A stretch of 64,000 nucleotides of DNA, from contig JANJUV010000008.1 in NCBI GenBank assembly GCA_024710405.1, forward strand, positions 3,695 through 67,694. Reading direction: 5' to 3'. Shown here piece after piece: positions 1 through 9,105 of the stretch. Numbering within the stretch: the stretch's first letter is position 1; each line of letters begins with the position of its first letter. Under the pieces are notes generated by a model. It saw only the letters and a list, made by a program, of their open reading frames with translations. It was not told the DNA's origin and made no database searches. The position numbers and the translations under genes were made by a program. The DNA comes from Bacteroidales bacterium (GTDB lineage: Bacteria; Bacteroidota; Bacteroidia; Bacteroidales; F082).

Positions 1-2901
1 TGCCGGCGGGTTGGTGGTGAAGCCAGCGGCACCTGCTGAAGGGAACGCACCAACGTTTGGCGTACCTGCATTGTCTTGCGCTACAACGTAATATTGAACT
101 ACATCGCCTGTCACAACACCAGCACCAAGGGAATAGGTGTAATTGCTTCCGGTTACATTGGTAGGTGTGGCTGCTGTCCAGCTACCGGCATTGATACGCC
201 AGTAAAGGTTAGGCCAGCCCGGGGTAACTACAGGCACTCCGCTAGCATCCGTAACCGTTACTGTAAGGTTACGGGCTGCAGTGCCGGATGTATTTGCAAG
301 TGCTGTATAGGCAATCAGTGGCGGAGACAAATCCAAACCTACCATTTCACCTTCATAAGCACCAATATCCGGTGCGGTGCCTGTTCCCAGGTAACCTGTT
401 TCCAAAGCGCGGATGGTGGCAAAATAATCTGTAGTAATCGCAACCGGGGTTGTGATCTGCTGACCGCCACTTTCAATCTGAGTGGGAACCGTAAGATCAA
501 TCTTAAGGAAGTCGTTACTGCTGCCTACAGTGCTTACAAAGGTTGGATTCTCTGTAAAGGATGACGTCTCGCGTGGCAAAACCCTTGTTTTGAAATCAGC
601 AATCGTCTGATCTGAATTGGTGCCATCATAGAAAATCAGGTTTGAAGCTCCCGGTGTACCGGCATAGAACAGGTTGTTGTTTGAACTGTTGTCGTAATTA
701 TTTAGGGCTGTTGATGACCTTTGATAAGCAACAGCAAGTCCGGTGCCGGCAGGCGTGGAGTTATTGACAAATATATTATTCTTGAGCGTAAGATTTGCTG
801 TTGTTGATGTAGTGCTGGTTGTGGCGAACAAAGCTGTTGTACCGAAGTTTGTTCCTGTTGAAGCAGCATTCAGATAGACTGTATTGTAAAACAACCGCAC
901 ATTAGAACTTGTTGTGGTTGTGGTTATGTTTATCCCTCTGACACTCGGCGAAGTAGCTGAGGAGGTGTTGGCAGCTGGCGCTTTCAGGTCGCCAATAAAA
1001 TTGTTGTAAATATTGGCGAAACCTGCTGTACCTAAACTACCCTGAAGAATACCTGAAACTGTAGGCGCTCCGGTAGAAGTGCTGGTTATGTTATAAATCT
1101 TATTGTTGTAGATCACAGGCGAACTGCTTATATTATGTAAGCCCGCTATTGTAGTACCACCTGTGCTAAGATTATAAACCAGATTACCGGACATGGTACG
1201 TGTGCCGGTAGTTGACCAAACATAGATACCATAAACGGTACCTGTTCCATTATGTGTTAGAGTATGAACAGTGTTATTATTGTAGTTCTCGTCAACGGGC
1301 GAAGCACCATTATATATTCCATATAAAGTTCCCGTACCAGTTGTTTTAATACAGCTCAGACTATTTATCTGATTGTTGTTCATCGATATTGTTCCGGTGC
1401 TCGTTTGCATACCATACATGGTACTACTAGTTCCGGTTCCGTCAATGGACATATTGGTAACCGTGTTGTTGTTGGCATTCACCACCATTCCTGTTGTTCC
1501 GGCACTTAAAAATATTCCAATTGTTGTTCCTCCGGTTGTTCCTGTGCGTGTTATATTATTAACCGTATTACCGGTGGCATTAATGGTTGTTCCGGCATTG
1601 CTGCCAGTGGTATAAATCGGGTAAACTGCTCCAGACCCCGTTAAGCCGGAAGCACTATAGTTCCATCCGTTTACTGAATTGTTTTGAATGTTCAGTGTTG
1701 CCGGGGTGGCACTGATACTGTAAATGCCATAGAACACGCCTGAAGTAGCAGTAAGGTACTCACCCGTAACGGTATTGTTGCTGATGCTGACCGTATTTCC
1801 GTTGGGAGTGGCTCCCAGTCCACTTTCGATGGCAGCAACCTGTGAAGTTGTTCCACCTCCTTTAATGGTAACAGAATTGTTGTTAATGGTAGCAGCGGCA
1901 CTTGTCGCAGTCTGAGCATAAATACCTCTTAAAGTGCTGACATGGTTCACGCCGGTACCATTGTTATTGTTAACGGTGTTGTATGAAATGTTTACGCCCC
2001 ATTGTGAATTTACACGGATACCTGCAGAAGGGTTAGTAGCGCTGGCACCTCCACCAAAATTCAGGATGGAATTCCCTGTTGGAGCCGAACTTCCTCCGAT
2101 ATCGTTGTTCACATCACCCAAAAAAGTATTGATGTCCGGATTGGGTCCAACACCAACTGTGGCTGCGTATCCAATAATAACAATACCGTAATTGCCTCCG
2201 TTGAATGAATTGCTGTATATATTGTTTTCGGAATTGGTTCCGTTCGTGTACAGCGTTCCGCCATTGGTCGGTGTAAGTGCAGTTGTAGCTGCGGTGTAAG
2301 TGGAGTTATAGATACCGATGCCAACTGAACCGTTAACAAGAGCTCCGCTTCCAACTGCGTGGTTTAAACGTTGCATGTTGAATATGCAGTTCTGGATAGT
2401 ATTATTATTACATCCGTCACCTACTGACAACTTGAACAAACCTATGCCAAACTCCATTGACTCGGTTGCATCTGTTGCATTTCCATCGGTAAATGTAATG
2501 CCGTCAATGGTGATGTAGTCAGCTCCGTTCAGCACAAGCATACCATCAGGAGTGGCAGTTCCTCCGTTTGACGTGCCCACTCCGGCATTTATGGTAACCG
2601 TTCCACCGGCAGTATTGATGGTAATGGTATTAGCCGCACTGATAGCGCCATTCAGTGAGGCGCTCCCGATAACAAATCCCTTAATTGGAGCTGTTTCTGA
2701 GCCAGTCTGCAAGGTAAGGGTGATGGGACCAGACATAGCCGAGACCAGATTCAGATCATCCAAAGCCGCTGCAAACGAAGCATAGCTTGCCTGCATGTTG
2801 GGCGTGGTGTTGGTCGGATTGGTCACGTTTACTGTCAGTTGCGCCAAAAGAACCTGAGTCCCCAGGAGCATTCCCGCAAAGAGAAGTAGTAATCGTTTCA
2901 T
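1..2901 (-). CDS. Secreted parallel beta-helix repeat protein, N-terminal 967 codons only (3' end lies beyond the window start)
   Basis: Absent from the ORF track because it runs off the window. The reverse complement from ATG 2901..2899 reads MKRLLLLFAGMLLGTQVLLAQ (signal peptide). The frame stayed open wherever I spot-checked it: NVTNPTNTTPNMQASYASFAAAL, DYITIDGITFTDGNATDATE, TIQNCIFNMQRLNHAVGSGA, GTTGMVVNANNNTVTNMSID, SATSPSVRGINITTTTTSSN, ADFKTRVLPRETSSFTENPT, PNVGAFPSAGAAGFTTNPPA. Composition is N/T/G-rich and periodic, as in right-handed beta-helix proteins. The listed ORFs in 76..2785 are other-frame shadows. Confidence 0.75.
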   Translation of the reverse strand, partial: MKRLLLLFAGMLLGTQVLLAQLTVNVTNPTNTTPNMQASYASFAAALDDLNLVSAMSGPITLTLQTGSETAPIKGFVIGSASLNGAISAANTITINTAGGTVTINAGVGTSNGGTATPDGMLVLNGADYITIDGITFTDGNATDATESMEFGIGLFKLSVGDGCNNNTIQNCIFNMQRLNHAVGSGALVNGSVGIGIYNSTYTAATTALTPTNGGTLYTNGTNSENNIYSNSFNGGNYGIVIIGYAATVGVGPNPDINTFLGDVNNDIGGSSAPTGNSILNFGGGASATNPSAGIRVNSQWGVNISYNTVNNNNGTGVNHVSTLRGIYAQTATSAAATINNNSVTIKGGGTTSQVAAIESGLGATPNGNTVSISNNTVTGEYLTATSGVFYGIYSISATPATLNIQNNSVNGWNYSASGLTGSGAVYPIYTTGSNAGTTINATGNTVNNITRTGTTGGTTIGIFLSAGTTGMVVNANNNTVTNMSIDGTGTSSTMYGMQTSTGTISMNNNQINSLSCIKTTGTGTLYGIYNGASPVDENYNNNTVHTLTHNGTGTVYGIYVWSTTGTRTMSGNLVYNLSTGGTTIAGLHNISSSPVIYNNKIYNITSTSTGAPTVSGILQGSLGTAGFANIYNNFIGDLKAPAANTSSATSPSVRGINITTTTTSSNVRLFYNTVYLNAASTGTNFGTTALFATTSTTSTTANLTLKNNIFVNNSTPAGTGLAVAYQRSSTALNNYDNSSNNNLFYAGTPGASNLIFYDGTNSDQTIADFKTRVLPRETSSFTENPTFVSTVGSSNDFLKIDLTVPTQIESGGQQITTPVAITTDYFATIRALETGYLGTGTAPDIGAYEGEMVGLDLSPPLIAYTALANTSGTAARNLTVTVTDASGVPVVTPGWPNLYWRINAGSWTAATPTNVTGSNYTYSLGAGVVTGDVVQYYVVAQDNAGTPNVGAFPSAGAAGFTTNPPA

Positions 2902-3199
2902 ACGATAGTGTTTAGGTGAATAATTATGTTGATTGTTAAAATTAAGCTCAATAATTCAATTTATTTCCACCGTATCATATCTTGAACGCGGACTCCGCAT
3001 GTTCGGAAGGTACAATATTAAATAACTTTTCAGAAGTGATGCAAGATAACTGATAGCCTTTTGGTCTTAATTCATGAATCAGTACCAAATAAATATTTTG
3101 TAGAAGTGTGGATTCATAAATCGGAAATAGTTATTTTCGCTGCATCAACCAAAAGGCCACAACTTTACTTTGCTAATTATTTAACTAATAACCAACGGT

Positions 3200-4420
3200 A
3201 TGGATATGGTACTGTTTGAGATTATTCTCATCACGGCCTCGGTCAGCATATTGCTTTTGCTTGCCTTAGTGTCGTACTATATCGCTTTGCGAACAGGCGA
3301 CATTTCGAGGCGGTTTTTAAGTTTCTTTCTGCTTACCGGTGCCCTGTTTCTGGCCACCTTCAACCCCGAACAGCTTCGTTTCAACACAGCATTCATCTAT
3401 TTCAGGGCTGTTTTGCTGCTATTGTTTATCCCATCATTCTACTTGTATATTAAATCGGTGTTCACCCTCAGCAGGCCACCTTTCCCTGAGTCGTTCAAAC
3501 ACTATATCCCGGCTGGCTTTGTCGGACTAATCCTGCTTATCGTGCTCTCAGGTGCCTGGTTCAGCAACCGTGGCCTGAGCCCTGAGCAGCTGCCTGAAGC
3601 GGATATACGACATCCCGGCATGATGGTTCAATGGGGCAACATAATCATTATCAGTACAGTTGTTGTACAATTGTTTATCTATTCGCTCACCGTTTACCAA
3701 ACTTTTCCAAAATTTGTTGCCCGCCTCAGGGAGTATTACTCGGACATCAACCCCTTCAAACCCGGATGGATGCTTTGGGTGCTGGCAGGCTTCGTGGTCT
3801 TTTATGTGCTTGCCGATGTGGCGATGCTGCTCTCGGTGATCGGATATGACTATTACCACGCTGTTTTTGTGGTGTTTATGTTGGCACTGCTGTTTTCTTC
3901 AGCCTATTACGGCATCGTGGTTGCCCCATTGGTATCGCACAACACTCAGGGAGAACTGGTGTACACGGTGCTGTCGCAACATACCTTTTCCAAAAACGAG
4001 CCGGTCATTGCTGAGGTTATCGAAATAAACAAGGAACTTAACCGCAGGGACTTAAGTCTGCTGGCACAGAAACTTCAGGAGCACTTAATACTTCAGCAAC
4101 CCTATCTTAATCCATTGCTCACCCTTTCGGATCTGGCCCTGAAACTTCAAACCAATACCAACTACCTCTCCCGGGTCATCAATGAAACCTACGGCACCAA
4201 TTTTAACACCTTTATCAACAGACTCCGTGTGCAACAAGTCATCCAAATGATGCAGGAAACCAAAGGCACGTTTTCGCTCTGGGGCCTGGGACAAAAAGCC
4301 GGTTTTTATTCAAGAACTGCGTTTATCAACGCCTTCAGGAAAGAAACCGGAAAAAGCCCGAATGAATACTACGTGGAAATGAAGGGCAAACAACAACCAG
4401 TAGAATTAATGCCTGAATAA
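3200..4420 (+). CDS. Membrane-embedded AraC/XylS-family transcriptional regulator
   Basis: 406 aa. The N-terminal ~240 aa are a series of hydrophobic helices (ILITASVSILLLLALVSYYIAL, VLLLLFIPSFYLYI, FVGLILLIVLSGAWF, MLWVLAGFVVFYVLADVAMLL...). The C-terminus carries the AraC HTH signature LSDLALKLQTNTNYLSRVINETYGTNFNTFINRLRVQQV...FYSRTAFINAFRKETGKSPNEY. Confidence 0.85.
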   Translation: MDMVLFEIILITASVSILLLLALVSYYIALRTGDISRRFLSFFLLTGALFLATFNPEQLRFNTAFIYFRAVLLLLFIPSFYLYIKSVFTLSRPPFPESFKHYIPAGFVGLILLIVLSGAWFSNRGLSPEQLPEADIRHPGMMVQWGNIIIISTVVVQLFIYSLTVYQTFPKFVARLREYYSDINPFKPGWMLWVLAGFVVFYVLADVAMLLSVIGYDYYHAVFVVFMLALLFSSAYYGIVVAPLVSHNTQGELVYTVLSQHTFSKNEPVIAEVIEINKELNRRDLSLLAQKLQEHLILQQPYLNPLLTLSDLALKLQTNTNYLSRVINETYGTNFNTFINRLRVQQVIQMMQETKGTFSLWGLGQKAGFYSRTAFINAFRKETGKSPNEYYVEMKGKQQPVELMPE

Positions 4421-4475
4421 GCCCAAAGTTGCACAGATTTCCGTTACTTTGTTGACCATAAACTTTACCCAAGCC

Positions 4476-5843
4476 ATGTATTCTTTCCATACATCAAAGG
4501 CCGTACTGGTTCTTATTGCGTTGGTCTGCCAACTGGCATCCATGCCGGCGACGGCACAAACCGACATCTCGGGAACCATCGGCAACTATTCGGGGCGGAT
4601 GCTCACACTGGCCCTCATCAAAGGCGACACACAGCTGGCGGTGGATTCTACAGTCACCCGAAGCGACGGCGGCTTCAGCTTCTCCATGTCCAAACAGGCC
4701 AAAGCCGGGATGTATGTGCTCTCGACAGATGAAAAACAGTCCATCAGGCTCATTTTCAACCACCAACCCGTGAGCCTGTTTTCAGCAGGCTTCGATGAGG
4801 AAGAAGATGTACGGTTTGGTGGATCGGATGAAAATACCGCATGGTATGACTATTTTATGCTCAAAAGCAACAACAGATATCTGCTCGATCTAATCAGGCC
4901 GCTGATACAGCAATATCCTGTGGAGCTCAATTTTTACCAACAATCACTGGACGAATACACCCGCCTGCAAACAGATATTCATACCACCGCCGGCGACATC
5001 ATCGCACACCACCCAAACAGCCTCGCAGCCCGTTTCATCAAAGCCGACCTCAACCCCATTATCGACCCGGCCAAACCCTTCGACGAACAACGCAGCATCT
5101 TGATCAGAGATTTTTTTGCAGGTGTTGATTTTCAGGATACTATGCTGATCTACTCAGACATTCTCACCCGTAAAGTGATTGATTTTCTGGCCATGCATCA
5201 GCGACAGGGCATGAGTCTGAACGAAGCCCAACTTTCGTTTATGCAAGGGATAGATCAGGTGCTCGGTCTGGCATCACAGAACGAAAAAATGTATGCCTTC
5301 GTGCTGGATTACTTGCTCAGAGGCTTTTCGGGCATGGGATTCGGTATGGTGACTGATTTTCTGACCACCCTGCCCCAACTCGACCGAAGCTGTATGGAAC
5401 CAGAGCTTTATCAACAACTCGAAGCCAGTGTGGCGCCCTTCAGAAAGGTTAAAAACGGATCGCCTGCCCCCGAAATCGAATCCGTTGACCTGAGCGGAAT
5501 TCCTTTTGTCCTCAGCAAACAACAACCTGCAAAAAGCATTGTCCTGTTCTGGTCGGTGAGTTGCCCCCACTGCCTCAACATACTTCCGGGACTGAAACAA
5601 CTGGCCGATGAATTCCAGATCAGGGTGATCTCGGTGGTCATTGGCAGCGAAAAAAACGCACTCAACGCGCTGATAACAGAAAACAACCTGAACTGGATCC
5701 ACCTGATGGACGGCAAAGGCTGGGACAGTGAGGTCGTGCAGGATTACGCCGTTTTTGCCACCCCTACCCTTTTCCTTCTCGACAGCAACAACATTATTGT
5801 TGGAAAGCCTTTTGATCTGGAGGAGCTGAGGGAAATGCTTTGA
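4476..5843 (+). CDS. Exported TlpA/ResA-like thiol-disulfide oxidoreductase (thioredoxin fold)
   Basis: Start moved to ATG 4476, giving MYSFHTSKAVLVLIALVCQLASMPATAQ (signal peptide). The C-terminal thioredoxin-like domain has a CxxC motif (FWSVSCPHCLNILPGL) and ATPTLFLLD. Confidence 0.8.
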   Translation: MYSFHTSKAVLVLIALVCQLASMPATAQTDISGTIGNYSGRMLTLALIKGDTQLAVDSTVTRSDGGFSFSMSKQAKAGMYVLSTDEKQSIRLIFNHQPVSLFSAGFDEEEDVRFGGSDENTAWYDYFMLKSNNRYLLDLIRPLIQQYPVELNFYQQSLDEYTRLQTDIHTTAGDIIAHHPNSLAARFIKADLNPIIDPAKPFDEQRSILIRDFFAGVDFQDTMLIYSDILTRKVIDFLAMHQRQGMSLNEAQLSFMQGIDQVLGLASQNEKMYAFVLDYLLRGFSGMGFGMVTDFLTTLPQLDRSCMEPELYQQLEASVAPFRKVKNGSPAPEIESVDLSGIPFVLSKQQPAKSIVLFWSVSCPHCLNILPGLKQLADEFQIRVISVVIGSEKNALNALITENNLNWIHLMDGKGWDSEVVQDYAVFATPTLFLLDSNNIIVGKPFDLEELREML

Positions 5844-5846
5844 AGG

Positions 5847-5878
5847 TTGTTGATTTGTTGATTTGTTGATTTGTTGAT
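5847..5878. repeat. Perfect tandem octamer (TTGTTGAT)x4
   Basis: Counted base by base. Four exact units begin 4 nt after the TGA stop at 5841..5843. Confidence 0.95.
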
Positions 5879-5893
5879 TAGTCCGCAACCCGG

Positions 5894-5963
5894 AACACGC
5901 AACACGCAACACGCAACCCGAAACACGCAACACGCAACACGCAACACGCAACACGTAACAAGA
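5894..5963. repeat. Heptamer tract (AACACGC)n, 10 units, 7 of them perfect
   Basis: Units start at 5894, 5901, 5908, 5915 (AACCCGA), 5922, 5929, 5936, 5943, 5950 (AACACGT) and 5957 (AACAAGA). The tract ends 47 nt before ATG 6010. Confidence 0.95.
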
Positions 5964-6009
5964 ACAATATCCAATAAACTTTGTTATAGTTCCTGTATCA
6001 AGCTTATCT

Positions 6010-6924
6010 ATGAAAATCATTCTATCCGGGGTAACGGGTCTTATCGGGCGTGAGTTAGTGCGGGCATTGCTGCCGGATCATCAGTTGGTGGTGATCAGCA
6101 GAAACAGGAAAAAGGCCATAGAACTCCTTCCATATCAACAAATAACACATGTTGAATGGGGCGAACCCATTGATATGCTGGCCGGTTATTTTAAAGGCTG
6201 TAATGCGGTAATCAACCTGGCAGGGGCAGGGATTGCCGACAAACCATGGTCCGATGCACGAAGGCAGGAACTCATCAGCAGCCGTATCGACCCGGTTTAC
6301 CATCTGGCGTGTTTGCTGGCCTCTTCTGGCGAAAAACCTGAAGTCGTCATTCAGGCCTCCGCATCGGGATTCTATGGCCAAAGCCCCGAAGCTACGTTTA
6401 CCGAAGAGAATGCAAAAGGAAATGGATTTCTGGCTGAGATCACAGAGATTTGGGAAGGTGCGGCAACAGAATACAGCCGGATTACCGGTCGCGTGGTGAT
6501 CCTTCGCACAGGCATTGTGCTATCGGCCTCAGGCGGTGCATTGCCACAGATGCTGAAACCTTTCCGTTTTATGGCCGGAGGCCCGATGGGCAGCGGAAGA
6601 CAATGGGTCTCCTGGATTCATATCGAAGATGTGGTCAGGGCAATCATTTTTCTGCTGCAACAGCCCGATGCCAATGGCCCATACAACCTAACCGCACCCG
6701 AGCCGGTGCGGCAATCCTATCTGGCCCATGCCATTGGCAAAGCACTTGGCAAACCATCCTGGTTGCCGGCTCCGGCCTTCGCACTTAAACTGGTACTTGG
6801 AAAAAGCATGGCAAACGAGTTACTCCTCGAGGGAGCCAGAATTCTTCCACAAAAGCTGGAGCAGGAAGGATTCCGTTTCGTTTATACAAATGTGAACGAT
6901 GCTTTAAGCAACATACTCAGATAA
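6010..6924 (+). CDS. YfcH/TIGR01777-type NAD-binding epimerase-family protein
   Basis: Rossmann motif MKIILSGVTGLIGRELV. The 304-aa length and the C-terminal region (FRFVYTNVNDAL) are typical of the SDR-like DUF1731 family. Confidence 0.8.
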   Translation: MKIILSGVTGLIGRELVRALLPDHQLVVISRNRKKAIELLPYQQITHVEWGEPIDMLAGYFKGCNAVINLAGAGIADKPWSDARRQELISSRIDPVYHLACLLASSGEKPEVVIQASASGFYGQSPEATFTEENAKGNGFLAEITEIWEGAATEYSRITGRVVILRTGIVLSASGGALPQMLKPFRFMAGGPMGSGRQWVSWIHIEDVVRAIIFLLQQPDANGPYNLTAPEPVRQSYLAHAIGKALGKPSWLPAPAFALKLVLGKSMANELLLEGARILPQKLEQEGFRFVYTNVNDALSNILR

Positions 6925-6946
6925 ACGAACAACCAAATCAGAAGCT

Positions 6947-7408
6947 ATGAAAATACTGGATGTCGGAGACAAGGTTCCTGATTTTTCGCTAAATGACCAG
7001 CATGATCATGTATTCCGCTTATCAGAGGTAACGGGAACCAAAAACTTAGTGATTTATTTTTACCCTAAAGACGACACTCCGGGTTGCACCGCCGAGGCCT
7101 GTCATTTCAGAGACGAGCATCAGGCCTTTGTCGATAATGATGCTGTAGTCATTGGCATCAGTGCTGATTCGACGGAAAGCCACAGGAATTTTGCCCGAAA
7201 AAACAATTTGAACTACACCCTGCTCAGCGACCCCGATCAGGAAGTCAGAAAACTGTTCGGGATCAGGAATGATTTCTTCGGACTAATACCCGGCAGGGTA
7301 ACTTTTGTGGTGGACAAAGCAGGTGTCATCCGGCACCGGTTCCATTCGCAGTGGAGCATGTCGAAGCACATGACCACAGCACTTGAGATACTCAGGAATC
7401 TGAGTTGA
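6947..7408 (+). CDS. bcp: Thioredoxin-dependent thiol peroxidase (peroxiredoxin Bcp)
   Basis: Carries YFYPKDDTPGCTAEAC with the peroxidatic Cys. 153 aa. Confidence 0.9.
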   Translation: MKILDVGDKVPDFSLNDQHDHVFRLSEVTGTKNLVIYFYPKDDTPGCTAEACHFRDEHQAFVDNDAVVIGISADSTESHRNFARKNNLNYTLLSDPDQEVRKLFGIRNDFFGLIPGRVTFVVDKAGVIRHRFHSQWSMSKHMTTALEILRNLS

Positions 7409-7424
7409 TCGGCAAAGATTGCGG

Positions 7425-8366
7425 CTATCCAAGGCGCGAACGCACCTCTTCCATAAAAGCCGGAAGATTACGCAGAGCTGCAAGCTCGCGCCATTTCTTG
7501 CGAACATCATCTACGGGTGCTCCAAAATAGGTTTTTCCTCCCTCAATGGATTTATCCACTGCTGATGTAGCTAAAATAACAGCACCTTTTCCGATGACAA
7601 GGTCTTTGTTGATGGCTACCCTGCCCCACAGGATCACATCATCTTCGATGCGGGTGACGCCGGCAATGGCCGCATGCGAGCCGATCAGGCAGTTACGGCC
7701 GATATAGCTGTCGTGACCAACCTGACAATGGTTATCCATTTTTGTACCGTCGTCGATGATAGTATCGCCGGTCACACCTTTGTCGATGCTGCACAAGGCA
7801 CCAATCTCGACCCTGTTGCCGATGATCACGCGCCCGCAGGATTCAAATTTGCGGTAACCTTCGGGTCTGCGCTGAAAGTAATAGGCATCGGCACCAAGCA
7901 CTGTGTTGGCGTGGATAATCACATCATCGCCGATCACACAATGGTCGTAAATGCTAACATTGGAATGTATCAGGCAGTTTCTGCCGATGGTTACGTGGTT
8001 CCCGATGAAAGCACCAGGCTGAATTACAGTTCCTTCACCAATGCTAGCTGATGGACTGATGGTGGCCAAAGCCTGTTCAAACGGCCTGAACCGTAAAATA
8101 AGGCTGATAAAGGCATCGAATGGTTTATCGTGAAAAACAAGTGCTTTCCCTTCAGGTCGTTCCACCCTTTTGTTGATGAGCACCGTGGTTGCCTTCGAAT
8201 TCAGGGCTTTATCGTAATACTTGGGATGATCCACAAAAGTAAGATCGCCCGGTTCAACCATGTGGATTTCGTTGAGTCCGGTGACCGGAAACCCGGGATC
8301 ACCGTCAAACTCGGCACCAATGAGTGATGCCAGCTCACTTAATGTAAGGGCTGGTGTGAATTTCAT
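7425..8366 (-). CDS. lpxD: UDP-3-O-acylglucosamine N-acyltransferase, shorter paralog (313 aa)
   Basis: LpxD-type N-terminus (LSELASLIGAEFDGDPGFPVTGLNEIHMVEPGDLTFVDHPKY) followed by hexapeptide (left-handed beta-helix) repeats. Confidence 0.8.
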   Translation of the reverse strand: MKFTPALTLSELASLIGAEFDGDPGFPVTGLNEIHMVEPGDLTFVDHPKYYDKALNSKATTVLINKRVERPEGKALVFHDKPFDAFISLILRFRPFEQALATISPSASIGEGTVIQPGAFIGNHVTIGRNCLIHSNVSIYDHCVIGDDVIIHANTVLGADAYYFQRRPEGYRKFESCGRVIIGNRVEIGALCSIDKGVTGDTIIDDGTKMDNHCQVGHDSYIGRNCLIGSHAAIAGVTRIEDDVILWGRVAINKDLVIGKGAVILATSAVDKSIEGGKTYFGAPVDDVRKKWRELAALRNLPAFMEEVRSRLG

Positions 8367-8388
8367 AGAAAATATTTTAGGGTGTAAA

Positions 8389-8955
8389 CTATTCTTTCAC
8401 GCGCTCGGAGTATGCACCTGTGCGGGTGTCCACCTTGATCTTGTCGCCGATGTTGATAAACAGCGGAACTTTGATCACGGCTTCGGTCTCCAGTGTAGCA
8501 TCCTTCATGGCATTGGTGGCGGTATTTCCCTTTTCGCCGGGCTCGGTATAAGTCACCTCAAGAACAACTGATGGCGGTAACTCACACGAAAGTACTGAGT
8601 CGGTTTCGGTATGGTACATGACCTCAGCGATATCACCTTCTTTAAGAAACTCAGGAGCGTTGATAGATTCTTTGGGTATCTGCAACTGCTCAAAGGTGGC
8701 GGCATTCATAAAATGGTAGTCAACACCGTCGTTATAAAGGTACTGCATAGGACGCCTTTCCACACGCTGAATATTGATTTTAACGCCGGCCGGAAAGGTG
8801 TTCGGGAGAATCTTGCCGGTTTTCAGGTTCCTGAGTCTGGTTCTGACAAATGCGTTGCCTTTTCCGGGTTTCACATGCTGAAACTCGACGATGGAATACA
8901 GATCATTGTTGAATTCGATGATCAGGCCATTTCTGAAATCTGCGGTAGTTGCCAT
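8389..8955 (-). CDS. efp: Translation elongation factor P
   Basis: [48 protein letters not shown] is the canonical EF-P N-terminus, including the KPGKG loop. 188 aa. Confidence 0.97.
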   Translation of the reverse strand: MATTADFRNGLIIEFNNDLYSIVEFQHVKPGKGNAFVRTRLRNLKTGKILPNTFPAGVKINIQRVERRPMQYLYNDGVDYHFMNAATFEQLQIPKESINAPEFLKEGDIAEVMYHTETDSVLSCELPPSVVLEVTYTEPGEKGNTATNAMKDATLETEAVIKVPLFINIGDKIKVDTRTGAYSERVKE

Positions 8956-8984
8956 AAATTAAAAACTGTTCGTAAATGAGGCCG

Positions 8985-8992
8985 CAAAGGTA
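8985..8992 (-). promoter_or_regulatory. Candidate Bacteroidota sigma-A -7 box (TACCTTTG on minus strand) upstream of efp
   Basis: The plus strand reads CAAAGGTA. It matches TAnnTTTG and lies 30 nt upstream of the efp ATG (8955). Confidence 0.4.
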
Positions 8993-9105
8993 GGAAATCC
9001 GATTGAAACGGCAAAAAAATGCTATTACACGGAGAATTTATGCTGGTTTAATGTCCCATCCAGCTATAATCTGAACTGATGTTGGAACATCAGGTTTGCC
9101 GGGTT

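Noticed and set aside
3056-3157. A 10-bp perfect inverted repeat (GCCTTTTGGT at 3056..3065 and ACCAAAAGGC at 3148..3157) in the divergent promoter region next to the AraC gene.
   Set aside because: The arms are 82 nt apart, which is too far for a typical operator or terminator. A single 10-mer match in an AT-rich 300-bp region could be chance. I note it only as a possible regulator site.
5847-5963. A possible CRISPR array or coding repeat.
   Set aside because: The units are 7-8 bp and directly abutting, with no spacers. No cas genes are present. The ORFs across the tract (5871..6053, 5744..5974, 5274..6020) are low-complexity translations of the repeat.
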